Below, piece after piece: positions 49,672 to 59,237 of a stretch of 64,000 bases of DNA. Position 1 is the stretch's first letter, and each line of letters begins with the position of its first letter. Location of the stretch: assembly GCA_965140415.1 (NCBI GenBank), contig OZ223209.1:2304001-2368000 (forward strand), given 5' to 3'. The position numbers and the translations under genes are program-made. The notes under the pieces are model-generated. The model had not been told where the DNA came from, ran no database searches, and saw nothing but the letters and a program-made list of their open reading frames with translations. The stretch comes from Myxococcota bacterium (GTDB lineage: Bacteria > Myxococcota_A > SURF-8).

Positions 49672-51444
49672 CTACATATCCGCGCCGAAGAACTCCGGGA
49701 AGCGGTTGGACATTTCGGCGTGCAAGAGTAATTCGGTTTCGGAGACGTTGTCGAACTGCATGGCTTCGCGTGTCAGCCACAGCGCCTGCTCCATCGTCGA
49801 ACGGCGTATGATCTCCTTGACGTAGGGAATAGACGACGGCGGCATACCCAACTCGGTAATACCCAGACCCACCAACAGCAGGGTGTAAATCATTTCGGAA
49901 GCCATTTCACCGCACAGCGCCACGTCGATGCCGGCCTGATGCGCGTTATCGCAGGTGCTGCGCAACAGCCTAAGAATGGCCGGATGCAGCGGCGTGAACA
50001 TGTGGGCGAGCTGTTCGGAGTCGCGGTCTACCGCAAGGGTATATTGAATCAGGTCGTTGGTGCCGATCGAGAAGAACTGTACCCGCTTCGCCAGTGAATC
50101 GCTGACAATGGCGGCGCTGGGCAACTCGATCATGACACCTAACGGCACATCGGGATTGAAGACGACCTTCTCCCGGTCCAGCTCCTTCTTGATGTTATCC
50201 AAAATACCCATAAGCCATTCCAATTCGGCCACACCGGAGATGAACGGCAACAGCAGCTTGATCTCGCCATGCGCTGCCGCTCGATAGATGGCGCGTACCT
50301 GCGCCCGGAAGTAGGCGTCGTTCTGGTGAATCGCCCGGATGGCGCGGCTGCCGAGCGCCGGATTGGTTTCCTTGGGAAAGGCCCAGTAGGAGGGGCGCTT
50401 GTCGCCGCCGATATCGTGAGTGCGAATCGTAACGGGGCCGACGTCCGCAAGCCGTACCAGGCGACGATAATACTGGTAGTGCTCCTCTTCCGTGGGCGGT
50501 TCGGAGCGTCCCATGTACATGAACTCCGTGCGGAACAGGCCGATGCCTTCCGCCCCGTATTTAAACAGCGCCGGAATTTCCTCCAGCGATTCGATATTGC
50601 CTTTCAGTGTGATGCGCGGACCATCGAGCAGCAGGGCCGGTTCCGCTTTCTGCGAAAGCAGCAGCGACTCCATCTGCTCGTGCTTCTTTTCCTTCTTGCG
50701 GTAGTCGTCGTATTGACGCTGAGTGGGGTTGATAAAAAACAGCCCCCGCGTACCGTCCAGGATGACCTCGTCGCCGTCTTGAATGGAGGACATCAAACCT
50801 TCAAGACCTAAGACCGCCGGGATGTTCATCGAACGGGAAATGATGGCGATATGACTGGCCTTGCCGCCTACTTCCAGCGCCAGCGCACCCACCTGCTGCG
50901 TGTAGAAATTGCTCGCGTCTCCTGGGGAAAGATAGCGCGTGACGATGATCGCACCGCTTTCGATATCATCGAAACTTTTATGCTCAACGCCCATCAGGGC
51001 TTCGAACACACGAAAGTTGACATCCAGCAAATCCGCCTTGCGCTTGCGGATATGCTCGTCGTCGATCTTGTCGAATTCGCTGATGAACTGTTCCACCGTA
51101 AGCTTTAACGCCCACTCCGCATTGAATAAATGCTTGCGGATAAAGCGCTCCACAGTAGTGTTCAAGAGGTTGTCTTGCAGCATCAACTCGTGGGCTTCGA
51201 GGATATAGTAGTGGTTTTCCGCTGTCTGGCGGTCTATGCGATTCTTTTGATTGCGAATCTGTTTGATGGCGACATCCACGGCAGAGGCAAAACGCTCCAT
51301 TTCGTTTTCAACTTGAACCGCTTCGATGCCTTGCATCGGCACGGACAGGTTGGGAGAGTCGATAAGCTGCGCCCTTCCGATGCGAATGCCGGGTGAAACG
51401 CCGATGCCTTGCAGCACGATTCCTTTCTTTTTCTTCGCTTCCAT
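49672..51444 (-). CDS. ptsI: PEP-protein phosphotransferase (PTS enzyme I)
   Basis: GIGVSPG, SHIAI (phospho-His), GLFRTEF, SIGTNDL and CGEMA; no GAF domain. Confidence 0.93.
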   Translation of the reverse strand: MEAKKKKGIVLQGIGVSPGIRIGRAQLIDSPNLSVPMQGIEAVQVENEMERFASAVDVAIKQIRNQKNRIDRQTAENHYYILEAHELMLQDNLLNTTVERFIRKHLFNAEWALKLTVEQFISEFDKIDDEHIRKRKADLLDVNFRVFEALMGVEHKSFDDIESGAIIVTRYLSPGDASNFYTQQVGALALEVGGKASHIAIISRSMNIPAVLGLEGLMSSIQDGDEVILDGTRGLFFINPTQRQYDDYRKKEKKHEQMESLLLSQKAEPALLLDGPRITLKGNIESLEEIPALFKYGAEGIGLFRTEFMYMGRSEPPTEEEHYQYYRRLVRLADVGPVTIRTHDIGGDKRPSYWAFPKETNPALGSRAIRAIHQNDAYFRAQVRAIYRAAAHGEIKLLLPFISGVAELEWLMGILDNIKKELDREKVVFNPDVPLGVMIELPSAAIVSDSLAKRVQFFSIGTNDLIQYTLAVDRDSEQLAHMFTPLHPAILRLLRSTCDNAHQAGIDVALCGEMASEMIYTLLLVGLGITELGMPPSSIPYVKEIIRRSTMEQALWLTREAMQFDNVSETELLLHAEMSNRFPEFFGADM

Positions 51445-51451
51445 CCCGCGT

Positions 51452-52174
51452 TCAATCCTCATCGAATTTCGAATTGAATAACTGCACGATCGTTTCCACT
51501 GCAAGTCTGGCGTCATCGCCGACGGCGTGGACGCCTAAATCGGTTCCTTGCGCGGCGCCGAGCATCAAAACACCCATAATGGATTTAGTATCCACGGTCA
51601 GATCGTCCTTGGTCAGGGTGATCGTACTTTGAAAGCGGCTCATCGACTTGACCAGCTTGGCGCTTGTACTTGCATGTAATCCCAATTTATTCAATACGGT
51701 CACGGTTGCCCGTGCTTCGTGATGGTTACCCATAACCTGTGCGTCATCGCTTTCTATGTGTGGTTCATCCTGCGAGGTAAGCGGCTTGGAGAAATGCGGA
51801 CGGATGCTGTTTTTGGCCGAACGCTCGGCAATCAAAGCCAGTTCCTGCAAGGGAATGCTGTTACGATTCGCTTCCAGCACTTTTAACAGCATCGCCAAGT
51901 TCAATCCGGTGACCACCGCCACAGGGTGACTTTCCAGAAACGAAAGGGCAACATTACTGGGCGTTCCCCCGTAGATATCAACCAGGATCAACACGCCGGA
52001 ACCGTTATCCTGTTCCTGTAGGATGTTGGACAGCTGATTTTCAAGCAGTTGGTAACTGATACCCGGTTGCTGGGAAAGAGTGGCGACGTTTGGCTGCTCG
52101 CCGACAATGCCACGCGCATTCTGTAACAGCGCTTCACCTAAATTCGCATGTGTCATCAATACGACACCGATCAT
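51452..52174 (-). CDS. EIIA(Man)-HPr fusion protein
   Basis: N-terminal MIGVVLMTH...DIYGGTP...GLNLAML (EIIA-Man); C-terminal NKLGLH...KSIMGVLML (HPr). Confidence 0.88.
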   Translation of the reverse strand: MIGVVLMTHANLGEALLQNARGIVGEQPNVATLSQQPGISYQLLENQLSNILQEQDNGSGVLILVDIYGGTPSNVALSFLESHPVAVVTGLNLAMLLKVLEANRNSIPLQELALIAERSAKNSIRPHFSKPLTSQDEPHIESDDAQVMGNHHEARATVTVLNKLGLHASTSAKLVKSMSRFQSTITLTKDDLTVDTKSIMGVLMLGAAQGTDLGVHAVGDDARLAVETIVQLFNSKFDED

Positions 52175-52197
52175 AGTCGTTTTCCGATCCTCTACGT

Positions 52198-53055
52198 TTA
52201 TTTTTCAATATCCCGATGCCGAACCGCGACATGGTATTCCGGCATCTTCGTTTGTAAAAACTTTTCCAATGCGCGCACAAGCGATACCGAACGGTGTTTG
52301 CCGCCGGTACATCCGATCGCGATGGTGAGATAGCTCTTGCCCTCGTAATCGAAAAGAGGGATGCTGAAACCGAGCAGTCCCTCGATGTGATTCAGCAAGA
52401 CCTGGGTGTGTTCGCAAGAGGTTACGTAGTCGAAGACCTCCTGATCGTTACCTGTTTTGCGCTTCAATTCCGCCACGAAATAGGGATTTGGCAGAAAGCG
52501 GGCGTCGAACATCAGATCCGCTTCTAAGGGAACGCCGTACTTGTAGCCGAACGACAGTAGAATGACGTTCAATGTTTCAGAAGAATGCGCCTGATCGATA
52601 TAGCCTTGTATCTGGCGCTTGAGTTCGTGGACGGTCAATGCGGAGGTGTCGATCATTCGAGTGGCCGCAATACGCAAGGGTTCCAACAGGCGTTTTTCCG
52701 ATTCCAGTGCGTCCACGATACTGATATTTCCTAAAGGATGCTTTCTGCGCGTTTCACTGAAGCGTCGAATCAGGGCTTGATCGTTGGTGTCCAGGTAGAT
52801 CACCTCGACCTGGTGCCCCGCTTCCGACATCTGCCGGGTGGCCGCATCGAACCCGTCTAAAAAGGTACGCTCGCGTGAATCGATTCCCAATACAACCGCA
52901 TCCAGTTCCTGCCCGGAGTTGGACAATGAATCGACAAGAGTCGGAATGAGTGTGGAGGGGAGGTTGTCTACGCAGAAAAAGCCTCGATCTTCAAATGCTC
53001 GGATCGCCGTGGATTTTCCCGACCCGGACAGTCCTGTTACTACGATGATGCGCAT
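52198..53055 (-). CDS. rapZ: RNase adapter / P-loop protein RapZ (YhbJ/YvcJ)
   Basis: TGLSGSGKS, DNLP, RFSETRRKHP and GCTGGKHRSV motifs. Confidence 0.95.
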   Translation of the reverse strand: MRIIVVTGLSGSGKSTAIRAFEDRGFFCVDNLPSTLIPTLVDSLSNSGQELDAVVLGIDSRERTFLDGFDAATRQMSEAGHQVEVIYLDTNDQALIRRFSETRRKHPLGNISIVDALESEKRLLEPLRIAATRMIDTSALTVHELKRQIQGYIDQAHSSETLNVILLSFGYKYGVPLEADLMFDARFLPNPYFVAELKRKTGNDQEVFDYVTSCEHTQVLLNHIEGLLGFSIPLFDYEGKSYLTIAIGCTGGKHRSVSLVRALEKFLQTKMPEYHVAVRHRDIEK

Positions 53056-53074
53056 GGATACTCCAATCGAATGC

Positions 53075-54061
53075 TTATTCGATTTCTTTATTGATTTTTG
53101 CTTCGAACACAGGGCGTTCCCCCGTCATCCGTTCGCGGATCATGTTTGCGTCCAATCGTTTCTGGAATGCAAGCGCCGAATCGATCCCGCGTTCCTGTAG
53201 CAGGTAGTTGCGTGCGGCGACTTCTACGATAGCCGCCATGTTGCGACCGTGAGTGACCGGAATCGTGATCAGCGGGAGTTCATTGTCCAGAATCGGGTAG
53301 GTTTTGTGTTCCAAACCCAGACGGTCGATTTCCACGTTGCCATCCCATTGAACCAGTTCCAACACAAGGTCGATGCGCTTGCGGTCGCGAACGGCGGTGA
53401 CGCCGAATAGTTCTGCAACATTCAGAATGCCCAAGCCTCGGATTTCCATATGATGCTGGGTCAGGGCCGAGCAGGAACCCCACAATGTCGCAGGATAGGC
53501 TTTCTTGACCTGCACGACATCATCGGCTACCAGACGGTGTCCCTTCAGCAGCAGTTCCAAGGCGCATTCGCTTTTACCCACGCCCGATTTCCCGATGATC
53601 AACACTCCCACACCGATGACATCGAGTAAGACTCCGTGAATGGTGGTGGAGCTTGAAAGGTTGTTTTCCAGAAAGCGTGTAAGTTGCAGAATGAATGTGG
53701 AGGTGATCGTATAGGTGCCTAAAACCGGGATATCGTTTTCCTCTGAAACCGCGAGAATAGAGGGCAGGGCGGGTAGTCCGCGCGTAACGATCAGGCACGG
53801 AATGTCCTGCTGTACCAATTTGGTCAGTACCTCGTGCTGGGTTTCTTCCGGAATAGAAGCCAAGTAGCTCAGTTCATTTTGACCCAGAATCTGGATGCGC
53901 TGTTTATGAACGTTTTCGAACAGACCGGTCAATACCAGTCCCGACTTCTGGATGCGGTACCGGGTGATGCGCCGCCCCAAACCGTTTGCTCCGCCCAGCA
54001 GTTTCAAGCCGAGAGCGTCTTCCTTGGTTTCGAGCAAATCGTTTACCGTCAATTGAATCAT
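53075..54061 (-). CDS. hprK: HPr(Ser) kinase/phosphorylase
   Basis: HGVL, GKSGVGKSE, LVADD, MEIRGLGI and GRN motifs. Confidence 0.95.
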   Translation of the reverse strand: MIQLTVNDLLETKEDALGLKLLGGANGLGRRITRYRIQKSGLVLTGLFENVHKQRIQILGQNELSYLASIPEETQHEVLTKLVQQDIPCLIVTRGLPALPSILAVSEENDIPVLGTYTITSTFILQLTRFLENNLSSSTTIHGVLLDVIGVGVLIIGKSGVGKSECALELLLKGHRLVADDVVQVKKAYPATLWGSCSALTQHHMEIRGLGILNVAELFGVTAVRDRKRIDLVLELVQWDGNVEIDRLGLEHKTYPILDNELPLITIPVTHGRNMAAIVEVAARNYLLQERGIDSALAFQKRLDANMIRERMTGERPVFEAKINKEIE

Positions 54062-54079
54062 GAACGGCTCCCGCCCGGA

Positions 54080-54538
54080 TTATTGATGTTTCTGAATGAG
54101 TTCGAAGATTTCCTCTGCGGTTTCGCAGGTTAACACGTTTTCCCTGAAGCTTTCGTTCTGGCAGAGTCTGGAAATCAGTGAAAGCGCTTGCAAATGGATT
54201 CCCGCCGCGTTTTCCGGAGCAATGAGAAGAAAGAAAATATGTGCCGGCTGATCGTCCATCGAGTCGAAATTGACCCCCTTCTTGCTCAAACCGAATACAC
54301 ACAGCAAGTTGTCCAGTCCGGGCATTTTGCAGTGAGGAATGGCGACGCCATGGCCAATACCGGTGCTGCCCAGCTTTTCTCTCGCTGTGATGGCTGTTGC
54401 GACCTTCTGCTCATCGACGAACGGATACACGTTTTTTACCCATTCGCTCAGTTCTTTGATGACTGCAACTTTATCTGTCGAAACAAGCGCAGGCTGAATC
54501 GCTTCGACAGCGAGAAAATCATTCATCGTCAATGCCAT
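54080..54538 (-). CDS. ptsN: PTS IIA-like nitrogen regulatory protein
   Basis: REKLGSTGIGHGVAIPH; lies directly downstream of rpoN. Confidence 0.9.
   Translation of the reverse strand: MALTMNDFLAVEAIQPALVSTDKVAVIKELSEWVKNVYPFVDEQKVATAITAREKLGSTGIGHGVAIPHCKMPGLDNLLCVFGLSKKGVNFDSMDDQPAHIFFLLIAPENAAGIHLQALSLISRLCQNESFRENVLTCETAEEIFELIQKHQ
54179..54192. promoter_or_regulatory. cre-like site inside ptsN, ~120 bp upstream of hprK
   Basis: TGAAAGCGCTTGCA fits TGWAARCGYTWNCA, but it is also coding sequence. Confidence 0.35.
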
Positions 54539-54556
54539 AAAACGTAGCCTCGTTTT

Positions 54557-56092
54557 CTAATAGGTTTTACGTCGTCCGGATGAAGAAAGAATTCCCAGCA
54601 TCTCGCGATATTTCGCAACGGTGCGACGAGCCACATTGACCCCTTCCTCTTTCAGAATCTGTGCGAGTTTCTGATCCGAAAGGGGTTTGCTTGGATTTTC
54701 TTCATCGACAAGCTGACGGATGCGATCCTTGATGGATTCACTTGAGACGCCTTCGCCTTCGGTATTGGTTACACCGCTGGTAAAGAAGTATTTCAGCTCG
54801 AAAATGCCCTGGGGAGTGTGAACGTACTTGTTTGTCGTAACGCGACTTACGGTGCATTCGTGCATCCCGATATCTTCCGCGATATCCCGAAGCACCATCG
54901 GTCTCAAATCGCTTACACCGTTATCAAGGAAGTCCCGCTGCTGAGTGACAATGGATTCCGTTACTTTATAAATGGTTCGCTGACGCTGCTGAATGGAGCG
55001 AATCAGCCAGGCTGCGGAACGAAGTTTTCCTCTGAGATAATCTTTGGTATCGCGCGTGTTGCTTTTATCGTGCAGAGCACGCTGATAATACCCACTCAAC
55101 CTCAATTTAGGTAAGCCATCGTCGTTGAGTTGGATATGGTATTCATCCCCGACTTTGTACACATAGATATCCGGCGTGATGTATTCCGCCTGCTCACCGA
55201 CGTATTGTGATCCCGGTTTGGGGTCTAGGCTTGTGATCGCGCGCATGGCTTCTTCGATATCAGCCTTGCTGACTTTCAACGCCTTGGCAAGTTTCGGAAT
55301 GTTGCGCTTACGCACCAGATCCCAATGCTCTTCAAGAACCCGAGAGGCCAGTGCATGTCGCTTTTCGCTGAATTTTGCCTGTGCCATCAAGCATTCACGC
55401 AGATCGCGAGCGGCTACTCCGATTGGATCGAAACGGAGAATGAACGAATGTACTTTCTGAACCGATTCAAGCGGAACTTCCAATTGCTCGGCGATGTTTT
55501 CCAGGCTGATGTCAGACAAGTATCCGTCATCATTAAGGTTTCCGATAATTTCTTCCCCAATGGGATGCAAGTCCTGGTCCAAGCTGGAAAAGCGGAGTTG
55601 CCAAAGCAGGTAGTCTCCCAGGGTCGTTTCCTTGGTGAGGAACTGTTCGAAGCCTGCTTTGTCTTCATCTCCCGTGTCACGCGGGAGGATGTCGGATGGA
55701 CCATCCATGTAGGAGTCGAAATAGCTATCCCAATCCATGTCCGGTTCGCTGGATTGGCTTTGCTCTTCCATTGCTTTCTGGAGATCGCTGGCGACTTGCG
55801 AATCGGGATCGGCCTGGTCGGCTCCGGCTAATGTTGGGGTTTCATTTCCTTGAGTCGGCTGCTCGGGAGTGACGGCATCTTCCTGCATGCCAAGATCGGA
55901 GCTGTCTTGGTTGGTTTCTTCGTTGGGTTCCAGATCTGACATTTCCAGAGTTGGGTTCTGTTCCAGCTCCTCGTGGATCATTTGCTCCATTTCCAGTCGA
56001 GTCATTTGCAGCAATTTGATTGCCATCTGCAACTGGGGAGTCAATATCAGTTGTTGGCTGAGCTTTTGTGTAAGCTCAAGCTTCAATGCCAT
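54557..56092 (-). CDS. rpoN: RNA polymerase sigma-54 factor
   Basis: Gln/Leu-rich region I, ELKYFF and the RpoN box ARRTVAKYRE. Confidence 0.97.
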   Translation of the reverse strand: MALKLELTQKLSQQLILTPQLQMAIKLLQMTRLEMEQMIHEELEQNPTLEMSDLEPNEETNQDSSDLGMQEDAVTPEQPTQGNETPTLAGADQADPDSQVASDLQKAMEEQSQSSEPDMDWDSYFDSYMDGPSDILPRDTGDEDKAGFEQFLTKETTLGDYLLWQLRFSSLDQDLHPIGEEIIGNLNDDGYLSDISLENIAEQLEVPLESVQKVHSFILRFDPIGVAARDLRECLMAQAKFSEKRHALASRVLEEHWDLVRKRNIPKLAKALKVSKADIEEAMRAITSLDPKPGSQYVGEQAEYITPDIYVYKVGDEYHIQLNDDGLPKLRLSGYYQRALHDKSNTRDTKDYLRGKLRSAAWLIRSIQQRQRTIYKVTESIVTQQRDFLDNGVSDLRPMVLRDIAEDIGMHECTVSRVTTNKYVHTPQGIFELKYFFTSGVTNTEGEGVSSESIKDRIRQLVDEENPSKPLSDQKLAQILKEEGVNVARRTVAKYREMLGILSSSGRRKTY

Positions 56093-56157
56093 GTTTTCAC
56101 CCTACTCGATCAGTTTCCGGTACGTGTTTACAACCGCGAATCTTTAAAACGATCACG

Positions 56158-56174
56158 TTGGCATCATATTAGCA
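56158..56174 (+). promoter_or_regulatory. Sigma54 -24/-12 site, antisense, upstream of rpoN
   Basis: TTGGCATCATATTAGCA = GG-N10-GC. Confidence 0.6.
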
Positions 56175-56182
56175 TACAGCTT

Positions 56183-56944
56183 TCAGTCATCCAAATGAAA
56201 TTCATGTCCCAGGTAGCGTTCTCGCACAATTTCAGAGGCTGCAACGGTTTCCGGCGAACCGCTACAAATGACTTTTCCCTCGTTCAATACAATGGCTCTG
56301 TTACAAATGCGCAGTGTTTCCCTTACGTTATGGTCAGTGATCAAGATTCCCAATCCTTCCTTGGCCAGATCGAGCAATGAAGATTGAATCCGTTGCACCG
56401 TAATCGGATCTACACCTGCTAGGGGTTCGTCGCAAAGAAGCACTCGCGGATTCAAGCAGAGCAGGCGAGCGATTTCCAGGCGGCGACGTTCTCCACCGGA
56501 AAGTGACTCCGCTTTGTCAAAACGATGGGCTTGCAGTTCGAAGCGTTGCAGTAATTCCTGGATGATGGCAAGAGCCTGCTGCTTTGGAACACCGTTTTCT
56601 TCCAGTGGCAGTTCCAGATTCTCTTGAACGTTCAAACGCCTGAACAGAGCAGGTTCTTGGGGTAAGTATCCCAGTCCTTGCTTGGCTCTCCTACTTAAAG
56701 GTAAGTCGCTGACTGTTTTTCCGTTTAAGTGTACAGAGCCGGTCTTCAAGGGTAATAGTCCTGCCAATAAGCGGATGCAAGTGGTTTTACCCGCTCCGTT
56801 GGATCCGAGCAGGCCGACCACTTCTCCCGGATACACTTCCAGCGACACATCACAAAGCACTTCTTTTTTACGGTAGCGATGGGTCAGGTTGCTCCCTTTT
56901 ATGACCGGAGAGCGTGCTGATGAAGGTTTGTCTTGTGGATTCAT
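56183..56944 (-). CDS. lptB: LPS export ABC ATPase
   Basis: GSNGAGKT, GYLPQE, LSGGERRRLEIAR and TDHNVRETL motifs. Confidence 0.92.
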   Translation of the reverse strand: MNPQDKPSSARSPVIKGSNLTHRYRKKEVLCDVSLEVYPGEVVGLLGSNGAGKTTCIRLLAGLLPLKTGSVHLNGKTVSDLPLSRRAKQGLGYLPQEPALFRRLNVQENLELPLEENGVPKQQALAIIQELLQRFELQAHRFDKAESLSGGERRRLEIARLLCLNPRVLLCDEPLAGVDPITVQRIQSSLLDLAKEGLGILITDHNVRETLRICNRAIVLNEGKVICSGSPETVAASEIVRERYLGHEFHLDD

Positions 56945-57504
56945 GGGTTGTTTTCCGGCATCGGCTTGGGAAGTTGAATTTTAGCTGCGGCGCTATCGAC
57001 CTCGATTTTGCCACTGTTTAAAAAGAAGCGAATGTGTTTCCCGGTAATATGTTGAGCGCCGTTTTGCACTGCCGGAGAATCCGAGAATACCAACAACTGA
57101 GAACTCGACTCGTACGTCAGCTTGCCTGCGGTGGCGTTCCAGACTTGATGCTGAAGGCGGACGTTTCCCCGTGCGAGCATGGATTGAATCTGTCCGGCAT
57201 CGTTGCACACCAGGCTCAGTTCATCCGACTGCAACCGGATGTTTTTTTGGGAAACCGTGACCTTGCCACGGAAAAGAATCGCGCCTTGCTTGTCAGTCGG
57301 GTTGAATTCCAATTGGTCGCTCGTAATTTCAATCGGTTGATCCTGCGAAAAGAGACTTTCCGGTCCCTGCCATGGAAAGAGGGAACGATCGGCTAAAAGC
57401 GGGGTCGTTAACAGGAGCACAAAAAATGCGATGGCGATCCCTATCCTTGCCGGGCGTGGGACCGGATTCGCTTTCAGCAATGACACTAAAGAGGGGACGT
57501 TCAT
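56941..57504 (-). CDS. lptA: LPS transport periplasmic protein LptA/OstA
   Basis: Beta-jellyroll pattern PIEITSD, FRGKVTVSQ and ARGNV; gene position. Confidence 0.8.
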   Translation of the reverse strand: MNVPSLVSLLKANPVPRPARIGIAIAFFVLLLTTPLLADRSLFPWQGPESLFSQDQPIEITSDQLEFNPTDKQGAILFRGKVTVSQKNIRLQSDELSLVCNDAGQIQSMLARGNVRLQHQVWNATAGKLTYESSSQLLVFSDSPAVQNGAQHITGKHIRFFLNSGKIEVDSAAAKIQLPKPMPENNP

Positions 57505-57522
57505 ACTAGCGCTGTCCTTTTT

Positions 57523-58137
57523 CTAAAATCGGGTGAAGTGTGACGGAAACGTCTTCAAGCGAAGTCGGGACGAATTTTCAAACGAGCCTGCTGCTTTCGA
57601 TGCCGCACAGGAAAGTCCATCCCATCGCACGCGAAGGTTTCCTTCTGCACTCCATGTTTTGTGATCAATGTCAACCATCATTAGTTCGCTTTCCATGCGA
57701 CTCGACGTTCCCCATTCGAACTGGACGCCTTTGTCTAGTAGCAGCTCATTCGTTTTTTGATTCCATTTGCCACGGTTAGCCTTCAAGAGCCATGACGGAG
57801 AGGAGTGTAAGCCGTCTGCGAAAGATGGGGACAGTTTCAAGTCATAGAGCTGAAATGCATCCATTGCGGCATTGGAACTCAAGGTTTCTGCTTGAAATAG
57901 GATGAACCCATTGTCCAGCGGGATTTTCCACAGCAAACCTTCCGCGCTGATTGCCGGGCGCTGATCGCCTTTCTGAGAAGCATGTATGGTTTCAGAAGAC
58001 GATGAAGCTTCTTGGATCTCCTGGCTGACGGGAATGGACGGGGAGCAGGCATATGGCAGAAACAGCAGTCCCATTCCCAATAACAAGGTCGCTAACCGGA
58101 ATTGCCGGAATCGTTTGTGAGTACTTGGAGCGATCAT
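57523..58137 (-). CDS. LptC-like protein
   Basis: N-terminal hydrophobic anchor, LKANRGKW...LLLDKGV beta-jellyroll pattern; upstream of lptA. Confidence 0.55.
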   Translation of the reverse strand: MIAPSTHKRFRQFRLATLLLGMGLLFLPYACSPSIPVSQEIQEASSSSETIHASQKGDQRPAISAEGLLWKIPLDNGFILFQAETLSSNAAMDAFQLYDLKLSPSFADGLHSSPSWLLKANRGKWNQKTNELLLDKGVQFEWGTSSRMESELMMVDIDHKTWSAEGNLRVRWDGLSCAASKAAGSFENSSRLRLKTFPSHFTRF

Positions 58138-58224
58138 GCGACCATTGTAATTGCAAACGAAAGGCTGGCAAGAATAAAGAGGGGGAAGATTGGCTGTTAC
58201 AGAAAAAGACGAAAGGACTTCCTG

Positions 58225-58671
58225 CTAAAGCTGGCGCATACGAATGATGAGAATCAGGACTCCCTTCTCGTGACGCGGACCTCCCAGGATGATCGTTCCT
58301 CCGTCTTTCAGGCGGAAGTCGGTTTCGATCAGGCCGGGTATGGAAAGTTGCACTTTGATGCGTTGTTCCGAATCTTTTTCCAGCGGAGTCAATTTGAGAG
58401 CGCGTCCGCCGGGGAGCGTCATGTCGACAGGTTGCTTGTAGGTGCTGGCCTTTTTGTGGTTGGCTTCCAACCGATACAGTGTGAAGTCGAACAGACCGGC
58501 CAGGCGTTCATGTAGGTTTTCAAGTTTCGGATCGACCCATTTTCCCGTTTTGGAGGCGTAGACTACCGTGACTTCGCTTTCGATATCTCCGGCATAAACC
58601 GGTCCGGCCAACGCGCACAGCAGCGCGGTTATGGCGATCAGAAAGCAAAAGTAGCGGGTCGTACAAGTCAT
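58225..58671 (-). CDS. Secreted hypothetical protein of the ECF sigma/anti-sigma locus
   Basis: Signal peptide (PVYA); beta-rich. Confidence 0.65.
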   Translation of the reverse strand: MTCTTRYFCFLIAITALLCALAGPVYAGDIESEVTVVYASKTGKWVDPKLENLHERLAGLFDFTLYRLEANHKKASTYKQPVDMTLPGGRALKLTPLEKDSEQRIKVQLSIPGLIETDFRLKDGGTIILGGPRHEKGVLILIIRMRQL

Positions 58672-58714
58672 CTGGTTAGTTCTGTCTCATTTCCGATTGA
58701 AATTGTGTTCCTTT

Positions 58715-59236
58715 TCAATTCACACTGCGTTCCTGGTTTTCTTCCTCGAATACCCAGATCACGGTAACGGGTTCTTCCTTTTCCTGTTTGGGTTCGGCCT
58801 CGAATACAATGGCGGTGCTGTTGGTGTTTTCAAGTCGCTCAACGACGCAATCGCTTCCTAATAGGGAGATTGATTCGTCCCGATCAATTCCTCCTGGATA
58901 AAACTGTAGACCGAGTACCACAACTGCCAGACCGGCAAGCCCCAGCGCCAGGTTGTAACGTTGTTTTATGAGGTTCCATACGGACGGCTTCGGCTGGGTG
59001 TCTGTCTCGATTTGTTGCATGACGGATGCCGCAAAGTTGGGGAAATGTACGGCATCACAAGCCTTTTCTGTGTCTTTCCTCACACCCGACTGAAGGCTTT
59101 CCATAAAGACCAACTCTTCGTTGAGGGCGTCGTTTTCCTTAAGCTGTTGCTCGAGATATGCAACTTCCTCCGGCGAGAGTTCTCCATTTCTGGAACGATC
59201 CAAAAGGGTTAGAATGTCGATGGGACGATCAGACAT
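58715..59236 (-). CDS. Putative single-TM anti-sigma factor
   Basis: N-terminal GELSPEE..LEQ, central TM helix, immediately downstream of the ECF sigma; no HxxxCxxC. Confidence 0.7.
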   Translation of the reverse strand: MSDRPIDILTLLDRSRNGELSPEEVAYLEQQLKENDALNEELVFMESLQSGVRKDTEKACDAVHFPNFAASVMQQIETDTQPKPSVWNLIKQRYNLALGLAGLAVVVLGLQFYPGGIDRDESISLLGSDCVVERLENTNSTAIVFEAEPKQEKEEPVTVIWVFEEENQERSVN

Positions 59237-59237
59237 G

